This document shows positions 45,501-54,991 of a DNA stretch of 64,000 bases, in pieces. The translations under genes and the position numbers were made by a program. This DNA is from a virus (lineage: Duplodnaviria > Caudoviricetes). The stretch is from the IMG/VR virus record IMGVR_UViG_3300024269_004845; one strand, given 5' to 3'. How positions within the stretch are numbered: position 1 is the stretch's first letter; every line of letters begins with the position of its first letter. The notes beneath the pieces are model-generated. The model was not told where the DNA came from. It saw only the letters and a list, made by a program, of their open reading frames with translations, and searched no databases.

Positions 45501-48474
45501 GTTACAAAACAAACACAATATTGGCGCAATATATAAGGACGAAAGTGGGGCTCTCAAGCTTTTACAAAATCCTCAATTTGGGTTGAATATTCATGAAGGC
45601 AAAATTAAAATGAGTAATAGTGATTTACTATATACTGAAGATGGTCTTGTAACTGTTGATGGAAAGACTGGATATTTTACCGATGCTGCTAAGTTTGTAG
45701 AAAGTAAAAAATCTCCTTATATTGGTGGTTTCTATGACCAGAATGGTTTCTGGGTAGACAGAACTTACTATACCGATGTATTTGGTAATTTATCTATTAA
45801 TTATGGTGGCTTCAATTATATGGGCAACTACGTAACTCCATCTGGGGATATCGGTTGTTTCGATTCTCTTGGAACCTTTAATTTAAACAAAACCAATGTT
45901 ATGAATGGTCAGTTCTATGATAACAACGGTGTTTTAAGAACTGTTGATGGTTTTTATATTGATGAGTTCGGTCTATATAAAAATATTAACGGAAAAGAAG
46001 CTTTCGGGTATGATGGCAGCAAAATAAACCTAAAAGATTCCGTTGGTATGAAAATTGGCGACTATGTCATGATAGAATATGGTATGTTTATTTCTCCAGA
46101 CGGTGAAATTGGCCACTTTAACAAGGATGGTGAATTCTTAGCTGGTAGAAGTAAGTATCAAAAAGGTTTCTATACTCCTTCTGGTGGATTTGTTTATTAT
46201 GGGAATACAGACGAAGCTTCTAAAGCAACAAACTTTATTTATATCCTGAACAAATTTTACGTTGTTTATAATGGCGGAAGCACTGCTTCTGGGATTTTGA
46301 CAATGTACGATGGTTATTCTATTCCTGTAGAGATTCTTCAAAGTGGGAAATACTTCAAAATTTCTGACAAGATTGTAATTTCAGATACGGGTAAAGTTGG
46401 ATATTGGGAAAACAATAATTTTGTAGAGGGACGTAAAGATATTGAAAAGAAAATAATTTCTACACAATTTACAAATTACATTGATTTATCAGATGAGTAT
46501 GGTTATTTTACAAGTGATGGTACTTTCATTCTTTATGACGGTGGGTATGGATATTACAACGAGGATGGTACATTAATTATTGACGCTTTAAATCCATATT
46601 CTAATGGCTTTTATACATTTGATGGAGTGTGGAAGCAGACCAATACATTTAGTGAAATTCCGAATAAGGGATATTTCAATAAATACGGCATAAAGAGGAA
46701 TGGCGAAAACCCTTATAATATCGGATTCTACGATTATGAGGGTAGCTTACATCCTTATGATAAGAATTATTTCATTACTGAGAGTGGTAACGTTATTGAA
46801 GCAGGTGAACATGGGATTGGTTATATCGATAATAAGGGGAACTTCTACTTATATGAAAAAGATGGATACTTCAATGCTGATGGTAGCTATTATATTGATA
46901 CTGTTCTTCAGGGTTATTACGATGCAGATGGAGTATTGAACAGAGGTAAAAATCCTAATTTCGATGGTTTCTATGATATGCTTGGTAATTGGCATATGTT
47001 TGGGGATAAAGGTTATTATGACCCAAGTGGTTATTATTATGAAGATGTTACAGACTCTACCATTGGTTTCTTTAATGAGGTCGGTGAATTTACAGAAGGA
47101 TACAATCCATATATAAACGGTTATAATGATATTAACGGAAACTGGAGTGATTCCTTTACAATGCCATTGACTACTTATTATGAAAAAGATGGAACAGTAA
47201 GGGTTGGCAATACTCCTTATAAAGATGGTTACTTTGATATGTATGCTAACTGGCATCGTTATAGAGACAAAGGTTACTTCGATAAACACGGTACATATTA
47301 TTCTTTAAGTAATGCTGTTGCTGGGTATTATGATGCTAGAGGAAACTATTTAGAGGGTACTAATCCTTATCAGCATGGTTACTATGATGAAGATGGCAAT
47401 TTAAGACTCTTCGAGCATGATGGATATTTTACAAAGAATGGTTCCTTCGTTGATGAAAAGGGAATTTGGTATTTCTTAGCTGGTGGGTTGAAAAAGAAAG
47501 GTGAAAATCCTAATGCTGATGGATTCTACGACAAGTACGGAAACTATTATCCATTTGACGAAGAAGGATATTATACGCCTAACGGGTTATTCTTCCCAAC
47601 ATTGTTGGTTGTTGATAAGTACAGAGTTGGTTCTAGTAATTACATTCTTTTTGAAGGTACATTCTTGAATCCTGAGTTTGTGTCTGTTGCAAGTAAAAAC
47701 ACAATTCAGTTTACATTCAATGGTGATAGTGGAGCTCCTTTATTTGTTGATACTGGCATAAAAGTTTCTAAAAATGCCATGATTTCCTACTCTAAGGCCA
47801 GAGACTTATTGCACAACATTGCTGTTTATTCTAGAAGTACCTTTATCGAAGATAATGATTCTTGTATCGTTATTGTTGATGGTAAAATTGTAAATCTAAC
47901 GAATAATGGCAAAATGAGTATTAATGAATTAAGAAATAAATTCTTAGATTCTAACATCTCCATAGCGGTTGCAAGAACCAGAATCGGTCAGAAATTTGCA
48001 TTAGCTGATAGTATTGAAGCTGGTAGAAATATTAAGATTCTTCACAACGGCAATAAGTATAACATTAATAATCCTCTTGTTGTTAGCAACGGTTCTCCTT
48101 ATATTTCTCTTAAAGATATAAGTGAATTAATTGCTTATAATGTAAGAGTTCAAACTGAGGATGGTAGAAAAGTTGTAACATTTACACTTAAAGACAACGT
48201 TTCTAGCAGTATGAAAGATAGTTTACCTGATAGTATTTCTGTTGAAATTGGCAAGACTGAAACACTTGTTAATGTTACAGAAAATAAATATACATATTAC
48301 ATATTGAAAGCGCCTTTAATTACAAGAACGTTGGGTTCTACTGGGCTTGAAGAAGTTTATGTTCCTATTTATATGTTGGGTAATTTAACTGGTACAAGTG
48401 TTGAATATAATACTATGACCTATGTATTAGAGCTTTACGCTGACGACAGAGAACTACCTTTCGAAGACAACTAA
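42592..48474 (+). CDS. Giant (~1960 aa) secreted surface protein with G-Y/F-Y/F-D-x-x-G repeats
   Basis: Signal peptide, Pro-rich linkers, YRVRKSW..SQ.GA cell-wall-binding-type module, dozens of aromatic-Gly repeats, C-terminal copper-amine-oxidase-N-like stalk motifs. Confidence 0.85.
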   Translation: MFKRIISGLLIMSMLLSMNIPVFAVDGDNDNNNILEIEMVEFEKTGLVTTLINNYDKEYFIVTEEIGRDGTYSGPKIEKSITKEQFDKYYNGKAYDKLSINVIANNDNSPLYANFVFDNNDQIINKSYVGDVVDGNFSPISVDTTDNVYTWLYVENENYYSVSTNKTTQTSVYTPITALEYDKMLFNKNFLYSKITSDKKTDTETVRTEVVLDVDGNVVGTPIVVNVDKDGNVAEIAYVLNDVSGGTISGLSAIERTIEKYGPQEAPAPQEPPTEQPTPQTPPTENPTPETPQQVPPIGPEVEEIYRVRKSWDDEASQQGAYYSRDAAIKKAEEVKMNVYDWNGNLVYEYEEEEEEPVQPPVQPPREEPQPPAPNNNQNNNQNNNNQSNQNNDIPDVNRPQDEDAIIGEKEEEEDRYTLDEEMLAKYSGLYSNWMDEYNRGYHGFWLDPYFNGSLAIIEWVDPFWSQSDINQSAEGNEIASGYYDDAGNYIPLDKNGNPIPSEPGTFDSAGNFMPENSTGYYDPDGVYHPLFETIPGIRYEFDGSFHIDGQGYFDADGVWHAEENDNYRIILFDGRIVYKNGYMENPVTGVRIKIDKDIWGNYYYGDEVIYSDFSVYNKKDNTLALADGTIYEGKTEGVYTLFGNNDAVVKGTFEKGKKTITGVMLNNGGNITDSGVVQYPNGISYTEGIGISLPNGEILNESFTGKEYIELVDYGRIYPNGHIAVYNEYGDLTTDMDAIIYDDRILLDNGDIFKDGVIYNTYRDKNGNLIIPDGFVISTNLELGAYARNGSFVADTAPEEDGYYDRLGNLINSKGAVKTSDNKIGYYDSVGKFIEGVITNTAYYYTADGTKVFADGSVDKNEKLFGYYDKNKNFVMNDGGGFFDEDGTFSQASDKQYYKVSNTGLFYSELNSKFALNIDGSISVMGELGTYDENGMVELKGDLGYYDETGVFIISKENPYIQFGYFYDSLQNKHNIGAIYKDESGALKLLQNPQFGLNIHEGKIKMSNSDLLYTEDGLVTVDGKTGYFTDAAKFVESKKSPYIGGFYDQNGFWVDRTYYTDVFGNLSINYGGFNYMGNYVTPSGDIGCFDSLGTFNLNKTNVMNGQFYDNNGVLRTVDGFYIDEFGLYKNINGKEAFGYDGSKINLKDSVGMKIGDYVMIEYGMFISPDGEIGHFNKDGEFLAGRSKYQKGFYTPSGGFVYYGNTDEASKATNFIYILNKFYVVYNGGSTASGILTMYDGYSIPVEILQSGKYFKISDKIVISDTGKVGYWENNNFVEGRKDIEKKIISTQFTNYIDLSDEYGYFTSDGTFILYDGGYGYYNEDGTLIIDALNPYSNGFYTFDGVWKQTNTFSEIPNKGYFNKYGIKRNGENPYNIGFYDYEGSLHPYDKNYFITESGNVIEAGEHGIGYIDNKGNFYLYEKDGYFNADGSYYIDTVLQGYYDADGVLNRGKNPNFDGFYDMLGNWHMFGDKGYYDPSGYYYEDVTDSTIGFFNEVGEFTEGYNPYINGYNDINGNWSDSFTMPLTTYYEKDGTVRVGNTPYKDGYFDMYANWHRYRDKGYFDKHGTYYSLSNAVAGYYDARGNYLEGTNPYQHGYYDEDGNLRLFEHDGYFTKNGSFVDEKGIWYFLAGGLKKKGENPNADGFYDKYGNYYPFDEEGYYTPNGLFFPTLLVVDKYRVGSSNYILFEGTFLNPEFVSVASKNTIQFTFNGDSGAPLFVDTGIKVSKNAMISYSKARDLLHNIAVYSRSTFIEDNDSCIVIVDGKIVNLTNNGKMSINELRNKFLDSNISIAVARTRIGQKFALADSIEAGRNIKILHNGNKYNINNPLVVSNGSPYISLKDISELIAYNVRVQTEDGRKVVTFTLKDNVSSSMKDSLPDSISVEIGKTETLVNVTENKYTYYILKAPLITRTLGSTGLEEVYVPIYMLGNLTGTSVEYNTMTYVLELYADDRELPFEDN

Positions 48475-48585
48475 TTAGAATTAAAGCAGGTATCAAAAAT
48501 TTTGATACCTGCTTTTTATTTTTTTTACAAAGAAAATTTGTTTATGTGGTTATAAGAAGAAATCTGTAGATGTATAATATATTAA

Positions 48586-48866
48586 TCATTGTAATGAGAG
48601 GGGAAAACGAAAAAAACGGCGTACATCGCTCGGCATTGGGTACAGCCCAAAGCCACTCCTGACACGGGAGACCACCACCTGGGGTTACCCAGGTGCCAAT
48701 CTTCTTGGTTAGAAGAGCCTACTATGCGTGGAATAGCCCCACCCAGTAGCAGAATAGCATAGCCTTTGGCTCCGCCAAGCACCGCTAACTGCAGTCGGCC
48801 CCGCTAAGATGTATGCTTGCTGTTTTTGAACAGATGAAATTCAGAGCTCTGACGGGCTCTTTTTTT
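48586..48866 (+). ncRNA. GC-rich multi-hairpin ncRNA candidate
   Basis: TATAAT at 48573; tandem hairpins; ends in AGAGCTC-TGAC-GGGCTCT plus T-tract. Confidence 0.6.
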
Positions 48867-48953
48867 ATTGCCTTTTAGCTTTTTTAGAATTTATAAGTAC
48901 TCGAAAGAATATAATATTAGTGACTATTCAAAAGTAAGGGAGGAATATTATAT

Positions 48954-49322
48954 ATGGTCACAATTTTTGTCGCGGAGGAAGATATCCGCATTAAGACTCC
49001 TCATAAGGTCTTAACCAGAGTCAGTAACGGCAACATCGATGAATTGATGTGCGAGGTTCTAAAGAAATGTAATGACCCTAACGTAGAAATTGTTAGTTGG
49101 TCTAATAGATATAAATTTATTCAAGACAAGCCTCGTAATGATATTGAAAAGGAAATCAGTTCCATTCTCAATAAAAAGGGTGTTGTCCATAGAAAATTCA
49201 CTGCTGCTGAATGGGCCGATATGAAGGATACTATCAAAGAGCGAATTTTTGAAAATGCAGTAAATACTCAAAAGAAGAAGATGGTTAAAACTTCTGAGGT
49301 TGCTGATGACCCGTTCGCATGA
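48954..49322 (+). CDS. Hypothetical protein
   Basis: RBS GGAGG; terminator at 49324-49363. Confidence 0.7.
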   Translation: MVTIFVAEEDIRIKTPHKVLTRVSNGNIDELMCEVLKKCNDPNVEIVSWSNRYKFIQDKPRNDIEKEISSILNKKGVVHRKFTAAEWADMKDTIKERIFENAVNTQKKKMVKTSEVADDPFA

Positions 49323-49366
49323 TAAAAAAATCGAGAATCCCTGACGGGACTCTCGATTTTTTTGTT

Positions 49367-50548
49367 TTACTTGGCTTTGCTGCCCCAACCTTCCAGAAGC
49401 TTTACGCTAGGAACCAACTGCTCACGAGAACGAGGCATCAGAGTGCCATTTTCGATATCAGAGAGGTAGGTTCCGTCCCAAGTAGACAGATTTTCATCTG
49501 CTACGAGAGCGAAAACGAACTGTTTGATGTTAGGATATTCATTTACGTCGATATTCAGAATGCACTCGGCATTATCTACGAGAACGGGGTATTCCATATC
49601 CGTAGCTTCTGCCAGAGCGTTGATAATCTCCAAACCAGCTCGCAGCTGTTCAGAGTTTGAACAAGCTCGAACATTCTTACCATCGTAGGTTACAATGAAT
49701 ACTTCCTTGCCATTTTCAGTTAGTTTAATCTGTACGTGAGACATGGAGTTGTTGAACTCAGTTGCCAGAGCTTCGTATGCGGCGGTGCGATATGCAGAAA
49801 GCTGCTTAGAAACTTCTTTCTTTTTAGTGATTTCAGCTTCTTTAGTAGCAATCATGACGGTTGCACCATCGACCGTCATATTGAATACTTCGGCGGTATC
49901 TTCATCGGGTTCCATGCCGTTTTCTTCGAGCAATTTGATAATGCTATTTACACCTTCAATCTTGCCCTTGTGAATAAGGATTTCCTTTTCGATATCCTTA
50001 ATCTCCGCAGTTACCGATTTGATGCCATCTTCAACGGACAAAATCTTTTCATAAGAATCTTCGCCGCTGTAGATTCTGGCGCTGGCTACAATAGCCGCAT
50101 CCATTCCGCTTTCCATAATGGAAACAGGCATCTTCATTGCCTTTGCGATGACATTTTTGATGCCTTTGGGGTCTAGACTCTGAACATAACGAGGGTTTAC
50201 CATTGAGTAGAAGAGCTCCTTATCGATGGAGTCGGTCTTGGTACTCATGATAGTCTCAGTCTTGCCCTTGCCCTTCTGCTGGATGATACGACGAATAATA
50301 GTCGGGTTTCCATTGCATACAGCCTCGAGCTTAACCCAAGATGTCAGAGAACCTCCAACCTGGAATGGGTCCATTCTGTTACCGAACATATCGAGACCCA
50401 TGATGGCCCAGGTAATGGCGTTCAGAATAGTGCTCTTGCCCTCGCCATTACGAGCAACGATGTGAGTTACTTTGTCCAGGTCCAGTTCTGCTTTGCCGAA
50501 CTTCTTGAAGCCATTAAGCTCCAGGTTTTCAATTTTGATTTTTTCCAT
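49367..50548 (-). CDS. Short SMC/Rad50/SbcC-like ABC ATPase
   Basis: LNGFKKF, Walker A ARNGEGKST, short coiled coil, signature-like CSNSEQ, Walker B VLVDNAE. Confidence 0.85.
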   Translation of the reverse strand: MEKIKIENLELNGFKKFGKAELDLDKVTHIVARNGEGKSTILNAITWAIMGLDMFGNRMDPFQVGGSLTSWVKLEAVCNGNPTIIRRIIQQKGKGKTETIMSTKTDSIDKELFYSMVNPRYVQSLDPKGIKNVIAKAMKMPVSIMESGMDAAIVASARIYSGEDSYEKILSVEDGIKSVTAEIKDIEKEILIHKGKIEGVNSIIKLLEENGMEPDEDTAEVFNMTVDGATVMIATKEAEITKKKEVSKQLSAYRTAAYEALATEFNNSMSHVQIKLTENGKEVFIVTYDGKNVRACSNSEQLRAGLEIINALAEATDMEYPVLVDNAECILNIDVNEYPNIKQFVFALVADENLSTWDGTYLSDIENGTLMPRSREQLVPSVKLLEGWGSKAK

Positions 50549-50719
50549 TGTTATTCCTACCTTTCTTTTTGCTTTGTCGCTATTAATATTATATTTATTT
50601 TATTTCCTATATATTATCTAAAAAATCTTTTTCTTAGAACACTTATATAGTTGTCTTTTGTATTAAATATATGTATAATATATATATAAAGTTATACTAA
50701 ATCGAAAGGAGGTTTTCAG

Positions 50720-51973
50720 GTGAAAGACGAAGATATTTTCGATGACGATGAGTTAATGGGACAACCAGAAGACCCAACTATAAAAAAGGGTGTAGGGCCT
50801 CAAATAAACATACCTAAAACTGGGATACCAATGCCTGTTGGGCAAGACGAAATGCGAAACATGCAAAAAAGAGATGTTCTTTCTGACAATGAAGTTTATG
50901 AAACGGAATTAGGTATTAATGAAAAAAATATTCCTGTAACTAATGAAAAGTTTGATAACAAGGTAAAATTTGAAGATATTCCAATGGTTCCTTCCGTTCA
51001 AGAAGTTATAAATTCTGAACCTAAAAATAAGGAAGCAGAAATTCCTAAAAAATCTTCTTTTGTGCAGGATGAAAATCATCCAATTCCTACAAAAACAGTA
51101 CCAAATGATATTCCATTAAAGAATAATGGTTCTGAATCTGAAGATGAGGAAATCAAAGAAGACACATCAGAAGAAAAAGTTCCGTTGAAGGACAGATTCC
51201 TTCCTCGCAAGAAAGAAATGTCTGCCGATGATTTGGACGAAGATGCGGATTCAAAAGAGTATATATCAAGACATGATATCATTTATACTGAGAAGAAATC
51301 TTTGGACGCATATTCTCCTCCTAAGGTTTCTGATGAATATGAAACTGATGATGAGGAAGAAGAAACATCCATAATAAAGAATATAATTGCGATTTTAGCG
51401 ATTATCATTCTTGGTTTTGGAATTTGTTTTGGGGTGTATACCTTTGTAACAGATGGGAAAACTGTTCCTGCAATAAATCAACCTCTGAGGGAAGAAGAAA
51501 GAACTATTTTAACAGAGGAGTATTTTTTCATTTCTAGTATTGAAGAATATTTGCTAAAAATTAATGAAATAGTTGAAGACGAAAGACAAACAATTGATAG
51601 TTATGTTTCTGGGTTAATCGATAGTTCTGAAGCTGAAAAAAGGTTAAATACTTCTTTATTAGCAAAAAAAAATTTATATGAATTATATATAAATATTAAA
51701 CCTATTGAAGAAGAAGTAATAGAAACAAAAAAACTATCTGATAAGATATTTAACAATACTATTTCATATACCGAAAACGCTATTGAATCTTTGAAATATA
51801 ATGATTCTAAATCGAAAATGGTTGCTAATTTTAATACACATATAAGTGAAAATAATTCCAATATTTATATGTATAACCAATATGTAATGTCTGTATTCAA
51901 GAAAAGAGGGATTACGATTACATATAATGGGGTAACGTTTGCCATGGATACTAAATGGCTTGATAATAATTAA
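50720..51973 (+). CDS. Single-pass membrane protein with acidic disordered N-terminus
   Basis: Central TM IIAILAIIILGFGICFGVYTFV. Confidence 0.75.
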   Translation: MKDEDIFDDDELMGQPEDPTIKKGVGPQINIPKTGIPMPVGQDEMRNMQKRDVLSDNEVYETELGINEKNIPVTNEKFDNKVKFEDIPMVPSVQEVINSEPKNKEAEIPKKSSFVQDENHPIPTKTVPNDIPLKNNGSESEDEEIKEDTSEEKVPLKDRFLPRKKEMSADDLDEDADSKEYISRHDIIYTEKKSLDAYSPPKVSDEYETDDEEEETSIIKNIIAILAIIILGFGICFGVYTFVTDGKTVPAINQPLREEERTILTEEYFFISSIEEYLLKINEIVEDERQTIDSYVSGLIDSSEAEKRLNTSLLAKKNLYELYINIKPIEEEVIETKKLSDKIFNNTISYTENAIESLKYNDSKSKMVANFNTHISENNSNIYMYNQYVMSVFKKRGITITYNGVTFAMDTKWLDNN

Positions 51974-51994
51974 TTAAAAAGGAGCGAATAAAAA

Positions 51995-52933
51995 ATGTCA
52001 ATTGTTATTGCAGTAGATAGCGGTAAATACGCAACCAAGGCTGTTAGAAGATTAGCCTCTGGAGAAATTAAGAGAATGATGTTTAGAACTAAGATGGATG
52101 AAACCAATGAAACTACAATTGCTGACCGTAAGAGTTGTGTTGTCAAGCTGAATGGAGAGTCTTATGTTATCGGTGATTCGGCCGAAACTGTTGACTATGA
52201 AAAGAGTAAGGAAAAGGATATTCACAGAGTTTGTGCATATACTGCCGTTGCAAAGCTTTTGGAACCTGGAGAAAAGGAAGTTGTGATGGCTATTGGTTGT
52301 CCTCTTTCCATTTTCTCTAACGTAGAAGCTAGAGCAAAGTACAGAAGTTACTTCATGGAAGAGACTGATATCATTATTTCTATCAATGGTGAACGCAGAG
52401 ACTTTATAATTAAGGATGTTGTTGTTTGTCCTGAAAGTTCTGGTATTATTTTTGGTCATCATAAGGAATACAAGAATGCCATGATTGGCGTTATTGATAT
52501 TGGTGGTTTAAATACCAACTGCGCTGTTTACAACAAGCTAAATCCTATTAAATCTACTATGTTTACTACCAATCTTGGTGCAAATATTCTAACCAATGAT
52601 TTGAAGCAGGTTATTAATTCTTCCTTCCCTGAAGCAAATATTCAGGATTGGCAGATGGAAAATATTATTTCCACTGGTTATATTAAGAGTCACAAGGAAG
52701 AAAGTGCTGTTCTTATTACTAAATTTTTTGAAAAGCACTTCCGAAATATTTTGGATGAATGCAAGCGTAAGGGTTGGGACCTCAACAACTTAGACCTTGT
52801 GTTTGTTGGCGGTGGTAGTAAGCTCCTAGAAAAGGAAATTAAGAAGTTTACTGCTAATGGAACTGTTATTAGCCAGTCCGCCGAATGGGACAATGCGGAA
52901 GGCTTCCTCGTTGTCGGTGAGATGAATGTCTAA
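51995..52933 (+). CDS. parM: ParM/StbA actin-like partition ATPase
   Basis: VDSGKYATK, CPES, IDIGGLNTN, VGGGS, NAEGF. Confidence 0.9.
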   Translation: MSIVIAVDSGKYATKAVRRLASGEIKRMMFRTKMDETNETTIADRKSCVVKLNGESYVIGDSAETVDYEKSKEKDIHRVCAYTAVAKLLEPGEKEVVMAIGCPLSIFSNVEARAKYRSYFMEETDIIISINGERRDFIIKDVVVCPESSGIIFGHHKEYKNAMIGVIDIGGLNTNCAVYNKLNPIKSTMFTTNLGANILTNDLKQVINSSFPEANIQDWQMENIISTGYIKSHKEESAVLITKFFEKHFRNILDECKRKGWDLNNLDLVFVGGGSKLLEKEIKKFTANGTVISQSAEWDNAEGFLVVGEMNV

Positions 52934-53282
52934 TACAACACAAAAAAAACAGGTATTTTCTGTTTCTCAAAAATATAGTGAAGTATTTGATATTCTAGAC
53001 GGAGTAGATAACAAGTCTGAATTTATTTGTCAGGCAATTATTGAAAAGTTTAAAGGACTAGGTACAATTAGTGATGATGTTTTGGAAGCTAAAATGCGAA
53101 AAATTTTAAAAGCTATGGTTTCTGAAGATAATTTATTTATTGTTTCTGGCAATGGTATTCCTAGCAACATTCCAGTATCTGTGGTATCTACCGAAACTAT
53201 ATCTGAGGTTGAGAGAACAGAAGTAGAAGAAAACTCGGATGAAGATAACGATTATTTGAAGAGTATTCTTAAGAATATGTAA
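52926..53282 (+). CDS. ParR-like adaptor (RHH-type DNA-binding)
   Basis: Overlaps parM stop; NKSEFICQAIIEK helix; acidic tail with terminal helix. Confidence 0.7.
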   Translation: MSNTTQKKQVFSVSQKYSEVFDILDGVDNKSEFICQAIIEKFKGLGTISDDVLEAKMRKILKAMVSEDNLFIVSGNGIPSNIPVSVVSTETISEVERTEVEENSDEDNDYLKSILKNM

Positions 53283-53326
53283 AACAAAAAAAAGACCGAT
53301 TGAATTTCCAATCGGTCTTTTTTGTT

Positions 53327-54043
53327 TTATAATAAATATTTCTTTTTGTTTGCTCTAATTTTCAAAAGGTCTCTCATGAATCTTAGTGTATCTCTTACAA
53401 CTTTTACTTTAGAATCTTTGTCATCATTCCATACCACTGCTAGTTCAGCAACGGTATAGTTCTTTAATTTTGCGATATATAAGTATTCAATATCAAATGC
53501 GAATCGTTCAATTGTTTGTTTATTTGCAAGGTCTTTTGCGACATTGCTTTTAAATACTTTGAATCCGCACTGTGTATCAACATAATCGATTCCTGTAAAA
53601 ATTTTCGTGACTAGATGACAACCCCAACTCAATAACTTTCTAAGTGCGCTCTTATTTTCTTCTTTGGAGTTTTCTCCACGTCTATTACCTATTATAACAT
53701 CGTATTGATATGTATTCATTAGTTCCAGAGAGTCCTTTATAGCACCTAAATCTGTAGATAAGTCTGCATCCATAAACAAGACTATATCGCCTTTGGCAGA
53801 TAATAAGCCTGTCTTAATGGCATATCCCTTGCCTCTATTAATTGTATATCCTTCTAATCTAGTATTTTGGAATTTAGATTCGTTCTCCTTTAAAACGTCG
53901 AATGTATTGTCTTTGCTACCATCATTTACGACAATAATTTCATAGTTATTTACGGAAATAGAGTCCATATATTTATTAACTTTCTGTATATTATCCACTA
54001 ATTTCATTCCTTCGTTATAGCAAGGAATCACAATTGACAACAT
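53327..54043 (-). CDS. GT2 polyprenyl-phosphate glycosyltransferase (DPG-synthase-like)
   Basis: SIVIPCYNE, VNDGSKD, NRGKG, MDADLS, DTQCGFK, FAFDIE. Confidence 0.92.
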   Translation of the reverse strand: MLSIVIPCYNEGMKLVDNIQKVNKYMDSISVNNYEIIVVNDGSKDNTFDVLKENESKFQNTRLEGYTINRGKGYAIKTGLLSAKGDIVLFMDADLSTDLGAIKDSLELMNTYQYDVIIGNRRGENSKEENKSALRKLLSWGCHLVTKIFTGIDYVDTQCGFKVFKSNVAKDLANKQTIERFAFDIEYLYIAKLKNYTVAELAVVWNDDKDSKVKVVRDTLRFMRDLLKIRANKKKYLL

Positions 54044-54136
54044 AGTTTCACGTCCTTTCAAGTTCTATTATTAAATAATATACAAAGGACGCAAATAAAA
54101 AAACTATAAAGATGTTTATACCTTGTTTTAAGCAAC

Positions 54137-54164
54137 AAAAAAAGAGCCCGACAGAGCTCTTTTT
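54137..54164. terminator. Bidirectional terminator nearly identical to the one at 48843-48866
   Basis: Minus strand AGAGCTC-TGTC-GGGCTCT plus T-tract. Confidence 0.85.
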
Positions 54165-54284
54165 AAGAAGCAGACATACTCCACTAAGACCACAAACTGT
54201 TTATTTTTTTATGGGCTTAGGGGAATATGTCTACCTTGCGCCTTTCGGCGCGTTTTCAGATTGTTGTTCGGATTAATAAACGGA

Positions 54285-54350
54285 TTAAAGAATAAAAGAA
54301 TTAAACGAATTGATGTTCTTGCTGTTCATTTCATTAGTGAAGTACATCAT
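54285..54350 (-). CDS. Unannotated 21-aa ORF MMYFTNEMNSKNINSFNSFIL
   Basis: Translated by hand; RBS GAAAGGA; followed by structured RNA and terminator. Confidence 0.5.
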   Translation of the reverse strand: MMYFTNEMNSKNINSFNSFIL

Positions 54351-54513
54351 GTTGTGCGTCCTTTCTGCCTTATCGGCTTTATCTTTCTTGTGTTTTTTAG
54401 TTCCATACAACAATCAAGTAATCTGGAATATTCCTAAACCACTGTTTGCTATATACTAAATTATACAATGAAGAATTTAGTCTCATAACTAAAAATAAAA
54501 ATATTTTTAGAAA

Positions 54514-54867
54514 TTAATGAAAAATTCTTTTTAGTTCTTTCATGAGTGATGAATCTTTATATTCTGGGTCTTCATCAAGGAGGTCTATAATATCCAGAAC
54601 ATTTCCAATATTGCCAATATATGTTTCATCGTAATTATGTATTGACTTTTCGATGAAATTTCGTATAATTGACGAGTGTATCATTCTTTTAGAGTTCTTG
54701 AGGAGAAACTTTTTAAGATTGATGATAGTAATATATGGAATTTGTTCTATATATCTCTCTTGGGAAGAATTGGTTTCTAAAAAGGTTATGTATATAAGCC
54801 AATTCTTCCCAGATTTTTTGCCTCTGAATTCATAGAGTCTTTCAAGAATTTGTCTGTAATCTTGCAT
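54514..54867 (-). CDS. Hypothetical protein
   Basis: ORF with RBS GAAAGGGG. Confidence 0.6.
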   Translation of the reverse strand: MQDYRQILERLYEFRGKKSGKNWLIYITFLETNSSQERYIEQIPYITIINLKKFLLKNSKRMIHSSIIRNFIEKSIHNYDETYIGNIGNVLDIIDLLDEDPEYKDSSLMKELKRIFH

Positions 54868-54991
54868 AATATTGGAACCCCTTTCTTTTCGTATATATGT
54901 AATTATATAATAAATTCCTTTTCTTGTCAATGATTAATTTATGGCAAAAAACAACCCCCAACATCTTTCGATGTGGGGGCTATTTTTATGA

